From assembly GCA_019244185.1 (NCBI GenBank), contig JAFATB010000014.1, forward strand, positions 416,001 to 480,000: 64,000 nt of DNA, given 5' to 3'. Position 1 is the stretch's first letter. Each line of letters begins with the position of its first letter. Positions 38,385 through 48,605 of the stretch are shown here, piece after piece. The notes under the pieces are model-generated. The model saw only the letters and a program-made list of their open reading frames with translations. It was not told the origin of the DNA and made no database searches. Source of the DNA: Acidobacteriota bacterium (lineage in GTDB: Bacteria > Acidobacteriota > Thermoanaerobaculia > Gp7-AA8). A program made the translations under genes and the position numbers.

Positions 38385-39074
38385 ATGGACATGAGCGTCG
38401 CGAGCGTCTGCGTCAATCGTCTGGTGTTCGTCCAACTGACGATCGTGGGTCTGCTGCTGTATCCGCTGGTGCTGCTGATGCTGCGGCGGCGCAATGGCCC
38501 GATCGGCGCATCGGTGCTGCCGGCGACGCTCGTGCCGCTGTTCGTCGGCCTCGGCGGAGCGTGGCTCACGCTGTTGAACGTGATGGGAGGCATCGCGGCC
38601 AGCGGGCGTCACAGCATCCTGGTCGTCGCCGCGGGCGTGGCGTCGGCGCTGGCGCTCGTCGTCTACGGCGGCGCGATCTCTTGTCTGGTGAGCGTCACGA
38701 TGTGCGTCTTCGGCCTCCGCACGCGCGCGGACGCCGGCGCGCCGGTAGCGCGCGGCGCGCGAATCGCCGCGCTGGCGACGGTCGCGCTGTTCATCGCCGT
38801 CGCGGGTACGTTCGCGTTCGCCGTGCGCGCGTTCCTCCATGTGACCACACGCCTGCCGATCTGGCCGTACGCGCCGTTGTTCGAAGCGGGATTCGCGTAC
38901 GCCGGCGCGCTCGCGTCGTTCGTCTGGTTCGTCGTCGCGCAGCGGCGCCCAGCCGCGCAGTTGCAGCTGGGACGGCTTGCGATCGCGGGCGCGTGCGCGA
39001 TCGGCTGCGCGATGCTCACCGGGGCGGCGTGGGCGTCGATGAAGATGTTCGCGTCGATTGCAATGTTCGGATAG
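38385..39074 (+). CDS. multi-TM hypothetical protein with a MotA/TolQ/ExbB-like hairpin
   Basis: PLFVGLGGAWLTLLNVM..IAASG....VAAGVASAL resembles ExbB TM2-TM3; about 6 TMs. Confidence 0.55.
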   Translation: MDMSVASVCVNRLVFVQLTIVGLLLYPLVLLMLRRRNGPIGASVLPATLVPLFVGLGGAWLTLLNVMGGIAASGRHSILVVAAGVASALALVVYGGAISCLVSVTMCVFGLRTRADAGAPVARGARIAALATVALFIAVAGTFAFAVRAFLHVTTRLPIWPYAPLFEAGFAYAGALASFVWFVVAQRRPAAQLQLGRLAIAGACAIGCAMLTGAAWASMKMFASIAMFG

Positions 39075-41967
39075 CGGCGTCGAGCTGCGCGTCGGCGTCG
39101 CTCGCCGGATCGCGTTCGACCGCGACGTCCGGCTCGAGTCCGTGACCTTCGAGCAGCCAGCCGCTCTCGTCGTAGAACGGCGCGTTCGGCACGTTCACCG
39201 CGCCGCCGTCGATGAGCGCGGGCGCGCCGTTGAGTCCCGTGAGGCCGCCCCACGTGCGCGAGCCGACGATCGGACCGATGCCGAGCTTGCGGAAGTAGTA
39301 CGAGAAGTTCTCGCCCGCGGAGACGGTGATGTGATTGACGAGGAGCGCCTTCGCGCCCGCGTGCACGCCGAAGCGCGGCGACGGCCACGGCTGGTTGTAG
39401 CGGCCGGCGGCGAAGTTGAGGTCGCGGCGCGCGAGCAGTTCGGCGACCGCCGCGCCGGTCGAGCCGCCGAGGCTCCAGCGCGCGTCGATGATGAGCGCGT
39501 CCTTGTCGAGCTGCGCGTAGAACTGCCGCGCGAGATCGCCGTAGCCGGCGTTCGTGAAGTCGGGGATGTGCACGTAGCCGATGCGGCCGCCGCTCGCGTC
39601 GGAGACGTGCCGCCGATTGGCCTCGATCCACGCGCGCCGGCGCAGTTCATTCTCGGATGCGAGCGGCGTGACGGTGAGGACGCGCGACGACGCGTCGACC
39701 GCCGGATTCGGACCGACGGTCAACTGCACGGACTGGTTCGCGCGGCCAACGAGCGCCGCGTGAAGGTCGCGCGCGACGTCGAGCGGTTTGCCGTCGACGG
39801 CGAGCACGTATTCGCCTTCGCGTGCGTCGTGCAACGGTGAGCGCGCGGCGTCGTCGAACGGCGCGCCTTCGACGATGCGCGTGATGCGGAACGCGCCGCG
39901 CTCGACGGTGAAGTCGGCGCCGAGGGTGGCGGCGTCGTCGGGAGGGCGCGGACCGATGTCGCCGCCGCTCGCGATGTACGCGTGGCCGACGGACGACTCG
40001 CCGATCATCGCGGCGAGCACGAGGTTCACTTCCTCGCGGTTGCGGCAGCGCGCGAGCATCGGCTCGTAGCGCGTCGCGACCGCGTCCCAGTGTGCGAGCG
40101 GTTGCTTCGGCGCGTAGAAGAAGTCGCGATACGCGCGCCACGCGTCGCGGAACAGCTCGCGCCATTCGGCGGCAAGGTCGACGTGCATCGTCATCGACGC
40201 CGTGTCGACATGCGGCTGCGAAACGGTGTCGAGGTCCGTGGAGTCATCGGCGACGACGTTCTCTTTCCGCGCGCGGAGGTCGTAGCTGCGCACCGAGCGC
40301 TTGCCGGCGAGATCGACGAGCGCGTAGAGCGGATTGCCATCGGCGGTGACGGAGAGCGCGACGATCGAGCCGGCTGTCGTCGGCAGGCGCAGCGCGCGGC
40401 GTTCGACGGACGGCATGTCGAGCGCGGCGCCGCGCAGCGGCACGTCGACGATCGTGGCCAGTCCCCGATTGATGATGCGGCTCTGGATCCAGTCGGAGGC
40501 GATGTTGCTGAAGTTGCGGTAGCTGAGGAAGAAGAGATGCTCGCCGGTCGCGTCGAACACGGGCGTCGACGCGTTGAAGGCATCGGCGGTGAGCGGCTGC
40601 GACGCGTTCGTCGCGAGGTCGTAGCGCCAGAGTTGGGTGAGGCGATTCGGCGCGGTCTTCGTGTAGGCGAGCCACGCGCCGTCGGGCGACCAGGCGAGCT
40701 CGGTCGGTTCGACGCCCGCGCTCCACGTCTCGCGATCGACGCTCGTCGTGCGGCGCGTGTCGACGTCGAAGATGACGATGGCGCCGGTTTCGTCGGTGAA
40801 CGCGAGCCGTTTGCCGTCGCGGCTCCAGACGGGGCGGTAGCGGAAGCCGCTCGTGAAGCTCGTGAGCGGCTGCGGCGCGGCGTCGCGTTCGAGATCGCGC
40901 ACGTAGAGCTGGTACTCGCCGGTCGCGTCCGACCAGTACGCGACCGCGCGTCCGTCCGGACGCAGCGAGGCCTCGCGCTCGAACGCGCCGCTCGTCGCGG
41001 TGAGATTGCGCGGTGCGGCGTTCGCGCGCGCGATCCAGAGATCGCCGCGTCCTTCGAGCAGCACGACGCCGTTCGCGGCCTGGCGAAACGTGACGAAGCG
41101 GCTCGCGTCGACGTCGCGCACGAGCGGCGTCGCCAGAATCGTGGCGCGCACGACGGACGAGCGTTCGCCGCGCAGCTCGAGCAGCCGCAGCTCGGGGCCG
41201 AGCGCGAAGACGATCGCGTCGGGACCGATCGACGCATCGCGCACGTCGTATTCGGTGAAGTGCGTGACCTGTCGCCGCGCGTGCGTGCGCGTGTCGTACG
41301 CCCAGACGTTGCGCCGTCCTTCGGCGCCTTCGTCGCTCACGTAGTAGAGCGTCGCGCCGTGCCACATCGGCCGCACGTCGCTGCCGGCCCATTCGGTGAT
41401 CCGCCGCGACTCGCGCGTCTGCAGATTGAACAGCCAGAGATCCGGCGCCGCGCCGCCGCGATAGCCCTTCCAGTTCGCGATCAGCTGATGCGACCAGCGC
41501 GGCGTGTACGCGAGCCACGTTCCGCTCGCGTCGAGGGCGCCGTCGGCGCCGAAGGCGAGCGGCAGTGGACGCGGCAGCTCGCCGCGCGGCGACACGGTGA
41601 AGAGCTGCATCTCGATGTGGCTGAACGAGAGCGCGTTCGTCGAGAAGAGCAGACGATCGTCCGCCGTCCACTGGCAGAGCAGTTGTTCCGACGGCAGGAA
41701 CGTCACGCGCGTGGGCACCCCGCCGCGCACCGGCACCGTATAGATGCTGCCGCTCGTGTACGCGAGCGTCGCGCCGTCGGGACTGAAGCGCGCCGACGAT
41801 TTCTCGCCCGGCGTGTTCGTGACGCGCACGGCCGCGCCGCCGCCGCGCGGGACGAGCCACAGTTGTCCCGCCTCGATGAAGGCCACGTGCGTGCGGCTGA
41901 CGGCGGGATCGTGCGGCAGCGCGAGGAGCGGTGCGGCGAGGAAGAGCAGGGCGAACAGAGTTTTCAC
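39016..41967 (-). CDS. tricorn-like S41 family protease (propellers + PDZ + protease domain), secreted
   Basis: signal peptide, FSPDG/WSPDG repeats, WKGYRGG, AWR..RDFFY, GRIGYVHIPD, IIDAR, SAGE, GSRTWGG, EGHG.EPD. Confidence 0.9.
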   Translation of the reverse strand: MKTLFALLFLAAPLLALPHDPAVSRTHVAFIEAGQLWLVPRGGGAAVRVTNTPGEKSSARFSPDGATLAYTSGSIYTVPVRGGVPTRVTFLPSEQLLCQWTADDRLLFSTNALSFSHIEMQLFTVSPRGELPRPLPLAFGADGALDASGTWLAYTPRWSHQLIANWKGYRGGAAPDLWLFNLQTRESRRITEWAGSDVRPMWHGATLYYVSDEGAEGRRNVWAYDTRTHARRQVTHFTEYDVRDASIGPDAIVFALGPELRLLELRGERSSVVRATILATPLVRDVDASRFVTFRQAANGVVLLEGRGDLWIARANAAPRNLTATSGAFEREASLRPDGRAVAYWSDATGEYQLYVRDLERDAAPQPLTSFTSGFRYRPVWSRDGKRLAFTDETGAIVIFDVDTRRTTSVDRETWSAGVEPTELAWSPDGAWLAYTKTAPNRLTQLWRYDLATNASQPLTADAFNASTPVFDATGEHLFFLSYRNFSNIASDWIQSRIINRGLATIVDVPLRGAALDMPSVERRALRLPTTAGSIVALSVTADGNPLYALVDLAGKRSVRSYDLRARKENVVADDSTDLDTVSQPHVDTASMTMHVDLAAEWRELFRDAWRAYRDFFYAPKQPLAHWDAVATRYEPMLARCRNREEVNLVLAAMIGESSVGHAYIASGGDIGPRPPDDAATLGADFTVERGAFRITRIVEGAPFDDAARSPLHDAREGEYVLAVDGKPLDVARDLHAALVGRANQSVQLTVGPNPAVDASSRVLTVTPLASENELRRRAWIEANRRHVSDASGGRIGYVHIPDFTNAGYGDLARQFYAQLDKDALIIDARWSLGGSTGAAVAELLARRDLNFAAGRYNQPWPSPRFGVHAGAKALLVNHITVSAGENFSYYFRKLGIGPIVGSRTWGGLTGLNGAPALIDGGAVNVPNAPFYDESGWLLEGHGLEPDVAVERDPASDADAQLDAAIRTLQSTRTSSSTPTPPR

Positions 41968-42044
41968 GCCGCGCACCGTACGGAATGAAGTTCGCGTCGC
42001 GATAGAACGCGCTTAAGGCGCTGGAACGCGTTGCGCGCGGCGCG

Positions 42045-42866
42045 TCAACGCCGGCGCACGGCCGCGCGGTACGCGGCGGGCGTCACGTGCATCGCCTCTT
42101 TGAACGTGCGCCCGAAGTGGCTCTGGTCGGCGAAGCCGGCGGCGAGCGCGATGTCGGCGAGCGGCGCATCCGAGGCGGCGAGCTCGCGGCAGGCGAAGTC
42201 GATCCGCAGCTGCCGCACGTACGCGGCGACGCTCGCGCCGTAATGGCGGCGGAACGCCGCCGCGAGATGGACGGGATGCACGCCGGCGGCCGACGCGAGC
42301 TCCGCGAGCGAGAGGTGCGCGACGGGATCTTCGTGGATCCGCGCGCGCACGCCAGAGAGCCAGCGCGGCGCGCGCTGCTCGAGCCGTCGCTCCGTGCGCG
42401 CGGCGTCGGCGAAGAGGCCGAGCACGAGCGCCTCGACCGCCAGCGCGGAGACATCGTCGCCGCGCGTCAGCTCCGTGTGCAAGCGCCGTCCCGCGACGGC
42501 GAATGCGCTGCCGCGATACACGCCGGAAGTATCGAGCGGACGCACGAGCTCGCGGACGCGTGCGAGCCATTGCGGCGGCAGCTCGACGTTGAGGCAGCGT
42601 CCGCCGCCATCCGTGAAGCGATCCGAATGCGGCTCGCCTTCGGGCCGCACGATGACCGCGCCCGGCTCGACTTCGCGCGTGCTTCCGTCGCAGCGCTCGC
42701 GAAAGGTGCCGCCGAGGACGACCACGAGGCAGGCGTACTCGTGCGCGTGCGTGGCGAGCTCCGCGCCGGCGGCGTAGCGCGTCTCGCTGAGCACGAACGA
42801 GCCCGCCGCGCGCGCGCGCACGACCGGTGCGGGGAAGCGGGTGGGCGAGTAGTGCAACGCATTCAT
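42045..42866 (-). CDS. AraC family transcriptional regulator with cupin N-terminus
   Basis: HAHE cupin, GVHPVHL..AFRR, LADIALAAGFADQSHF.RTFK...TPAAYR. Confidence 0.93.
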   Translation of the reverse strand: MNALHYSPTRFPAPVVRARAAGSFVLSETRYAAGAELATHAHEYACLVVVLGGTFRERCDGSTREVEPGAVIVRPEGEPHSDRFTDGGGRCLNVELPPQWLARVRELVRPLDTSGVYRGSAFAVAGRRLHTELTRGDDVSALAVEALVLGLFADAARTERRLEQRAPRWLSGVRARIHEDPVAHLSLAELASAAGVHPVHLAAAFRRHYGASVAAYVRQLRIDFACRELAASDAPLADIALAAGFADQSHFGRTFKEAMHVTPAAYRAAVRRR

Positions 42867-43028
42867 CGTAGCGTGCGCTTCGAAGATTCTGACGGCGCGG
42901 ACGCGAACAGGTTGGGAATGTTTTGGCGCCGTGCAGTTCGTGACACGCGCGTGCGGCTCGTGCTGCACGGGAAAGAAGCACGGTGCCGCTCGTGTCTTTT
43001 CCTGTGCAAGTCCAAGGAGACCGAGACC

Positions 43029-44024
43029 ATGAACACGAACAGGAAGTTGGCAGTTTCAGCGGGAGCGCTGGCGCTCCTGCTGACGACCACCGCCTTCGCC
43101 GACGCGCGCGACAACGACCGCAACCGCGACCATCGCGGCGAGCGCGGCACGTACCAGCGCAGCGGCGAGAACCGCGGCAGCAGCAGTGCGGCAGCGACCG
43201 CAGCGGCGGCGCAGAACGCCGCCCGCGATGCGTTCAACCGGAATCGCGGCGAGCGCGGCACGGCGACCGCGCCGGAAGTGCAGAACAACCGCGGGACGTA
43301 CAACGCCGGCACGTACAACCGCAACGACGCGAATCGCACCACGACGAGCGCCGGCGCGTACCAGAGCAACAGCCGCGGCACGTACGACAACCGTGGCAGC
43401 AACAACCGCGGCAGCGCCGATCGTAACTACGACCGCAACAACGGCAACCGCAACAACGCCAACCGCGGCGTGTACAACGGCGGCACGTACAACCGCGGCA
43501 ACGCGGCGCGCGTGTACCACGACAACGACCGCGTGACGTATTCGGGTCGCGTCCGCTCGTTCTCGCGCGAGCGCGACGGCTACCGCGTGTACCTCGACGG
43601 CGCGCGCGAGTCGTACTGGATTCCGGCCTCGCGCTTCGGCCGCGGTCACGAGCTTCGCATCGGCGCCTCGCTCCACCTCGGCGGCATCTTCCGCGGCGGC
43701 ATCGTGAACGTCGACATCCTCGACTGGCCCGACTACGGCTATGACCCGTACTACGGCGGCGGTGGCTACTACGGCGCCGGCTACGGATACGGCAACATCG
43801 GCGGCGTGGTCGAGCGCGTCGACTATCGCAGCGGGTTCCTCCTGCTCCGCGATACGCGCGACGGCCGCACGTTCGAGGTCGACATGCGCGACACCGTGCG
43901 CGCCAGCCGCGTCGACTTCGGCGACCTCCGCCCCGGCGACTACGTCGAGCTGTCCGGCAGCTGGCTGCGCAACGGCGCCTTCGCCGCCGCGCGCATCGAC
44001 AGCGTCGATACGGGTCGCTACTGA
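43029..44024 (+). CDS. secreted protein with an N/R/G-rich low-complexity region and two small beta domains
   Basis: SD AAGGAG, signal peptide ending AFA, NRGxY-type repeats, GVVERVD...DLRPGDYVELSG. Confidence 0.82.
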   Translation: MNTNRKLAVSAGALALLLTTTAFADARDNDRNRDHRGERGTYQRSGENRGSSSAAATAAAAQNAARDAFNRNRGERGTATAPEVQNNRGTYNAGTYNRNDANRTTTSAGAYQSNSRGTYDNRGSNNRGSADRNYDRNNGNRNNANRGVYNGGTYNRGNAARVYHDNDRVTYSGRVRSFSRERDGYRVYLDGARESYWIPASRFGRGHELRIGASLHLGGIFRGGIVNVDILDWPDYGYDPYYGGGGYYGAGYGYGNIGGVVERVDYRSGFLLLRDTRDGRTFEVDMRDTVRASRVDFGDLRPGDYVELSGSWLRNGAFAAARIDSVDTGRY

Positions 44025-44039
44025 TCCCCTCTTCCACCG

Positions 44040-44067
44040 GCGGTGCGCGCGTGAATGCGCGCACCGC
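44040..44067. terminator. hairpin between convergent genes
   Basis: GCGGTGCGCGC-GTGAAT-GCGCGCACCGC (11-bp stem). Confidence 0.6.
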
Positions 44068-44094
44068 TTCGCCGTTCCGGCGGCGTCCTGAACC

Positions 44095-45957
44095 TCACGC
44101 GATCGCGCCGAGCCACGTCTCTTTCAACTGCTCGACGTGCGCGCGGTAGTTCGCCATGGCCTCCTCCGCCCGCCCCTCGTCGATCAGCGCGACGCAGCGC
44201 GCGACGAGCGACTCGTACAACTCGCGGAAGAGGCGCGGCGCCTCGGGATGCGCGCGCATCGCGCTGACGATCGCGGGCGCGATGCGGTAGTACTCGCCGA
44301 TCAGCGCGCCGCCGTCGGGAAGCGCGGCGACGTACGCATCGCGGAACGCGCGCAGCGTCTCCAGCTCCCGGCAATCGTCCGGCAGCCCTTTCGCTTCGAC
44401 GCAGGCGGTGGTGAGGAAGCAGCACGAGCAGCAGCAGGCGCTGCTCTGCCTCGGCTGCGGGGGAATCAGCCGCTGTCGTTCGGAGTGGCGTTCCTGCTTC
44501 GGCTTCGGCTTGAAGCTGAAGGACGGCGCTTCGAGGACGTCCAACTTCTTGCGCGTCTGGAGCAGCAGGTACGATTCCGCGGATTTGCTCAGGAGCGCCT
44601 CGAGCGTCTCCTCATCCAACCGTGAGCCGACGTGCTGGAGGAACGCGTCCGGATTCGTGAAGTAGAAGTCGACCAGTTTCTCGCGAGTGAGATTGGTCTG
44701 CTTCATGACGTCGCGCAACACCTGCTGTTCCTCGACGTAGACCCGCTCGCCGTCGTCGGCGCCGCCGCTCGCGAGGACGCGCAAGGTGATCATCTCGGTC
44801 GCGCCTTCGCACGCGGTGCCGCCCCATCGCGCTTTCAGATCGTGCACGGCCATCGCGTGAACGATCTCGTGCACCGCGTAGTGAAGGCGCGGATGCGATT
44901 TGCGGAGGTGCGACGTCCCGTTGGTTTCATAGCCTTTCACCAAGGCGATCCTCGCCGCCTGGTGGGCGATGCCTTCCGGCTTGCTCTGCTGCGCGATCGT
45001 CAAATAGTTCAGCTCGAACTTCCGCTTCGAGAGGATGACGATGTTCTCGATTTCCTGTGGAAACTGATGGATGAACTTGGCCGTCAGTGCGCACTGTTCG
45101 AGCAAGTGCTTCGCGTCGACCGCCAGGCTCTCGACGGTGACGTCGGACTCCACGCCGTGATGCTCCTCGTTCGCGGTGAGGATCTGGCGGAGATGGGACA
45201 CCTCCTCGATCGCCGCCAGCGTCCGCTCGACCAACGACTCTTCGCCGAGTTCGTGGCCGTACGCGCCGATCTCGTCCTTCCAGCGCCCGTACGCGTCCAG
45301 CCATTCGTCGCCGAGGTGACGCCGTGCGTCCTTGTCGGTGATCCGCTGCACGGTGCGCGCGACCTGCCGTCCCATGCGCGCGGCTTCCGCGCCGAGCGCG
45401 CGGTCCTGCACGATGGCGACGCCGCCGCCGAACGGATTCGCGACGCGGCCGCTGCGCTGCTGCACGACGTGCGCGAGCTGGCGGCCGAGCGCGTACGGCG
45501 TGCACTGTCCGGGCGCGAAGTAGACATTGCTGCCATGCGTGAATGCCGTCGCGCCGATCGAGGCCGCGTGCGGTCCGACGTGAACGCGCACGTCGGCGAA
45601 GTTCGCGCGGAACGTCCGCTCGAGCATCTGCCGGACCGGCAGCGGCAGCGCGCGCCCGCCGCCGCGCGGAAACGACGCGAGCTGCACCGGCAGCTGCACG
45701 GCGCCGGAGCGATGCGGCTGCGGGGGAGCGGGAAGGTGCGTGCGCGGCGGCGCGGCGATGCGCGCCGGCTGCGGAACGCGTGACACGGCGGCTGCTTTCA
45801 TCTGCGCGGCCCGCGCTCCTCCGGCGCCGCGCGCGATCGCGTCCTGCACCCACGACGCCGCGCCCGCCGCCATCTTCGGCTGCACCGCGGCGGGAGCGTT
45901 CACAAACCGCGGGAGAGCACCGGGAAAGTGCCCCTGAATCACATTCGCCTGCGCCAT
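44095..45957 (-). CDS. DUF4157 (eCIS core)-type protein with HExxH cargo domain and CFI-box-CTERM-like tail
   Basis: GRALP..VR..LE..F.ANFADVRVH...IGATAFTHGSNVYFAPG...LAHVVQQ; HEIVH...EGATE; CFLTTAC...ELETLRAFRD...G..LI..YY..AP.IV. Confidence 0.85.
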   Translation of the reverse strand: MAQANVIQGHFPGALPRFVNAPAAVQPKMAAGAASWVQDAIARGAGGARAAQMKAAAVSRVPQPARIAAPPRTHLPAPPQPHRSGAVQLPVQLASFPRGGGRALPLPVRQMLERTFRANFADVRVHVGPHAASIGATAFTHGSNVYFAPGQCTPYALGRQLAHVVQQRSGRVANPFGGGVAIVQDRALGAEAARMGRQVARTVQRITDKDARRHLGDEWLDAYGRWKDEIGAYGHELGEESLVERTLAAIEEVSHLRQILTANEEHHGVESDVTVESLAVDAKHLLEQCALTAKFIHQFPQEIENIVILSKRKFELNYLTIAQQSKPEGIAHQAARIALVKGYETNGTSHLRKSHPRLHYAVHEIVHAMAVHDLKARWGGTACEGATEMITLRVLASGGADDGERVYVEEQQVLRDVMKQTNLTREKLVDFYFTNPDAFLQHVGSRLDEETLEALLSKSAESYLLLQTRKKLDVLEAPSFSFKPKPKQERHSERQRLIPPQPRQSSACCCSCCFLTTACVEAKGLPDDCRELETLRAFRDAYVAALPDGGALIGEYYRIAPAIVSAMRAHPEAPRLFRELYESLVARCVALIDEGRAEEAMANYRAHVEQLKETWLGAIA

Positions 45958-46032
45958 CCGCGTACCCCTCCCGCACTTCCTCTGTGGTGGATCGCGGTCA
46001 TTCTACCGCGATGGAAAGGCGGCGGGACGGCG

Positions 46033-46419
46033 TTACTGCGCCCGCACCGCGCGCGCGATCAGCCCGATCCCGCCCGCGAGCAGCACGAGCATCAGGATCG
46101 TGTTGAAGAGGCTCGTCGGACGAAAGTAGATCTCGAGGTTCGTCAGGATTCCCGCAAGGATGATGACCGCGCCGGCGAACGTCAGCAGCCAACCGGCGAT
46201 CGAACGGCCGTTGAAGAACAGCAGGCCGATGCCGAGGAGCAGCGGGATCAGCGAGAGGCCGAAGGCGTTGTAGCCGCCCCAGTGCCAGTAGCCGGACGTC
46301 ACCGTCACCTGCGTCGTCAGCAGATAACCGCCGGCGATGGCCATGCCGAGGCCGAAGAGGAACGTGCCGATGCCGCCGGAAGTCCCGCCCGCGCCGCGGC
46401 GGAAGTCGTGATCCGTCAT
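46033..46419 (-). CDS. small membrane protein (about 4 TM)
   Basis: GAGGTSGG..TF..G, hydrophobic segments; TACAAT 6 nt before the ATG. Confidence 0.8.
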   Translation of the reverse strand: MTDHDFRRGAGGTSGGIGTFLFGLGMAIAGGYLLTTQVTVTSGYWHWGGYNAFGLSLIPLLLGIGLLFFNGRSIAGWLLTFAGAVIILAGILTNLEIYFRPTSLFNTILMLVLLAGGIGLIARAVRAQ

Positions 46420-46571
46420 GCGGCGATTGTAAGTTTCTTAGCGTCCTCTTAGGAAACCGCGCGCCTCCGCGCGCGTCGCCGCGCATCTTTTCCGATCCGC
46501 ATAGCGAACTCTTAGCAACGCGCCCTCCGCGGGATCTCTACATTGCCTCTCGAAGACGAAAGGAGATCCCT

Positions 46572-47561
46572 GTGACGATCACTGCTGACGAAACGACCAC
46601 CACCACGAGCGCGGAGCGCGGCGCCGCCGCGAAGGCGCTCGAGATGATGCTGCTCATCCGCACGTTCGAAGAGAAATCCGCCGAGCTGCGCGCGAAAGGA
46701 CTGTCGCCGAACATGTGCACCTCCGTCGGCCAGGAAGCGAGTGCCGCCGGCGTGATGCGCGCCCTCGGGCCGCAGGACCTCATCCTCACCAATCACCGCA
46801 GCGCCGGCCATCTCCTCGCGCGCGGCGCCGATCCGGGCCGCGTCCTCGCCGAGATCCTCGGCAAGAGCACGGGCTACTGCAAAGGGAAGAGCGGCAGCCT
46901 GCACATCTCCGTCAAAGAGCTCGGCGTCGTGCTGACGTCGACCATCGTCGGCGGCGAGCTCTCGCTCGTCACCGGCGCGGCGCTCTCGCTGGCGATGAAG
47001 AACAGCGGCGCGCTCGCGGCATGCTTCTTCGGCGACGGCGCCGCGTGCGAGGGCATCTTCCACGAGTCGCTCAATCTCGCCGCCGTCTGGAACCTGCCCA
47101 TTCTTTACGTCTGCGAGAACAACCAGTGGCAGGCGTACGTGCACCGCAAGCAGACGATGCTCACCGATCACGTCGCGGAGTGGGCGCGCCCGCTCGGCGT
47201 CGAGGCGATCACCGTCGACGGCAACGACGTCGAGGCCGTGACCGCCGCCGCGCGCGAGGCCGTCGCATACATCCGCGCCACCGGCAAGCCGTTCCTCCTC
47301 GAGACCTACACCTACCGCCAGCGCGGCCACATGGAGCCCGACGATCAGCAGTACGTCGACAGGAACGAGCTCGCGTCGTGGATCGCGCGCGACCCGATCG
47401 CGACGTACGAGGCGCGTCTCGCGCAGCGCGGCGAGCTGACCGGCGACGAGATCGCGGAGATCCGCGAGCGCGCGCGCCTCATCGTCGAGGAAGCGGCCGA
47501 CTTCGCGCTCGCGTCGCCGTATCCCGCTTTCGCCGAACTGACCACCGACGTCTACGCCTGA
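46572..47561 (+). CDS. ThDP-dependent 2-oxoacid/acetoin dehydrogenase E1 alpha-like subunit
   Basis: GQEA, HR..GH, GKSGSLH, GDGA...ENNQW, TYRQRGH; SD AAAGGAG. Confidence 0.9.
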   Translation: MTITADETTTTTSAERGAAAKALEMMLLIRTFEEKSAELRAKGLSPNMCTSVGQEASAAGVMRALGPQDLILTNHRSAGHLLARGADPGRVLAEILGKSTGYCKGKSGSLHISVKELGVVLTSTIVGGELSLVTGAALSLAMKNSGALAACFFGDGAACEGIFHESLNLAAVWNLPILYVCENNQWQAYVHRKQTMLTDHVAEWARPLGVEAITVDGNDVEAVTAAAREAVAYIRATGKPFLLETYTYRQRGHMEPDDQQYVDRNELASWIARDPIATYEARLAQRGELTGDEIAEIRERARLIVEEAADFALASPYPAFAELTTDVYA

Positions 47562-47590
47562 ACCGAAACGCGGAGCTGAAGGAGAACGCC

Positions 47591-48544
<954 letters not shown>

Positions 48545-48605
48545 CGCGCGGGTTTACCTGCGATGCGACGCGCGCGCTGCTCCGGCGGCGCGCGCGTTCG
48601 TCTTT

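Noticed and set aside
43100-43520. Repeated AAC/CGC-rich units as a possible CRISPR array or tandem DNA repeat
   Set aside because: In-frame, imperfect coding repeats with no constant repeat-spacer period and no cas genes
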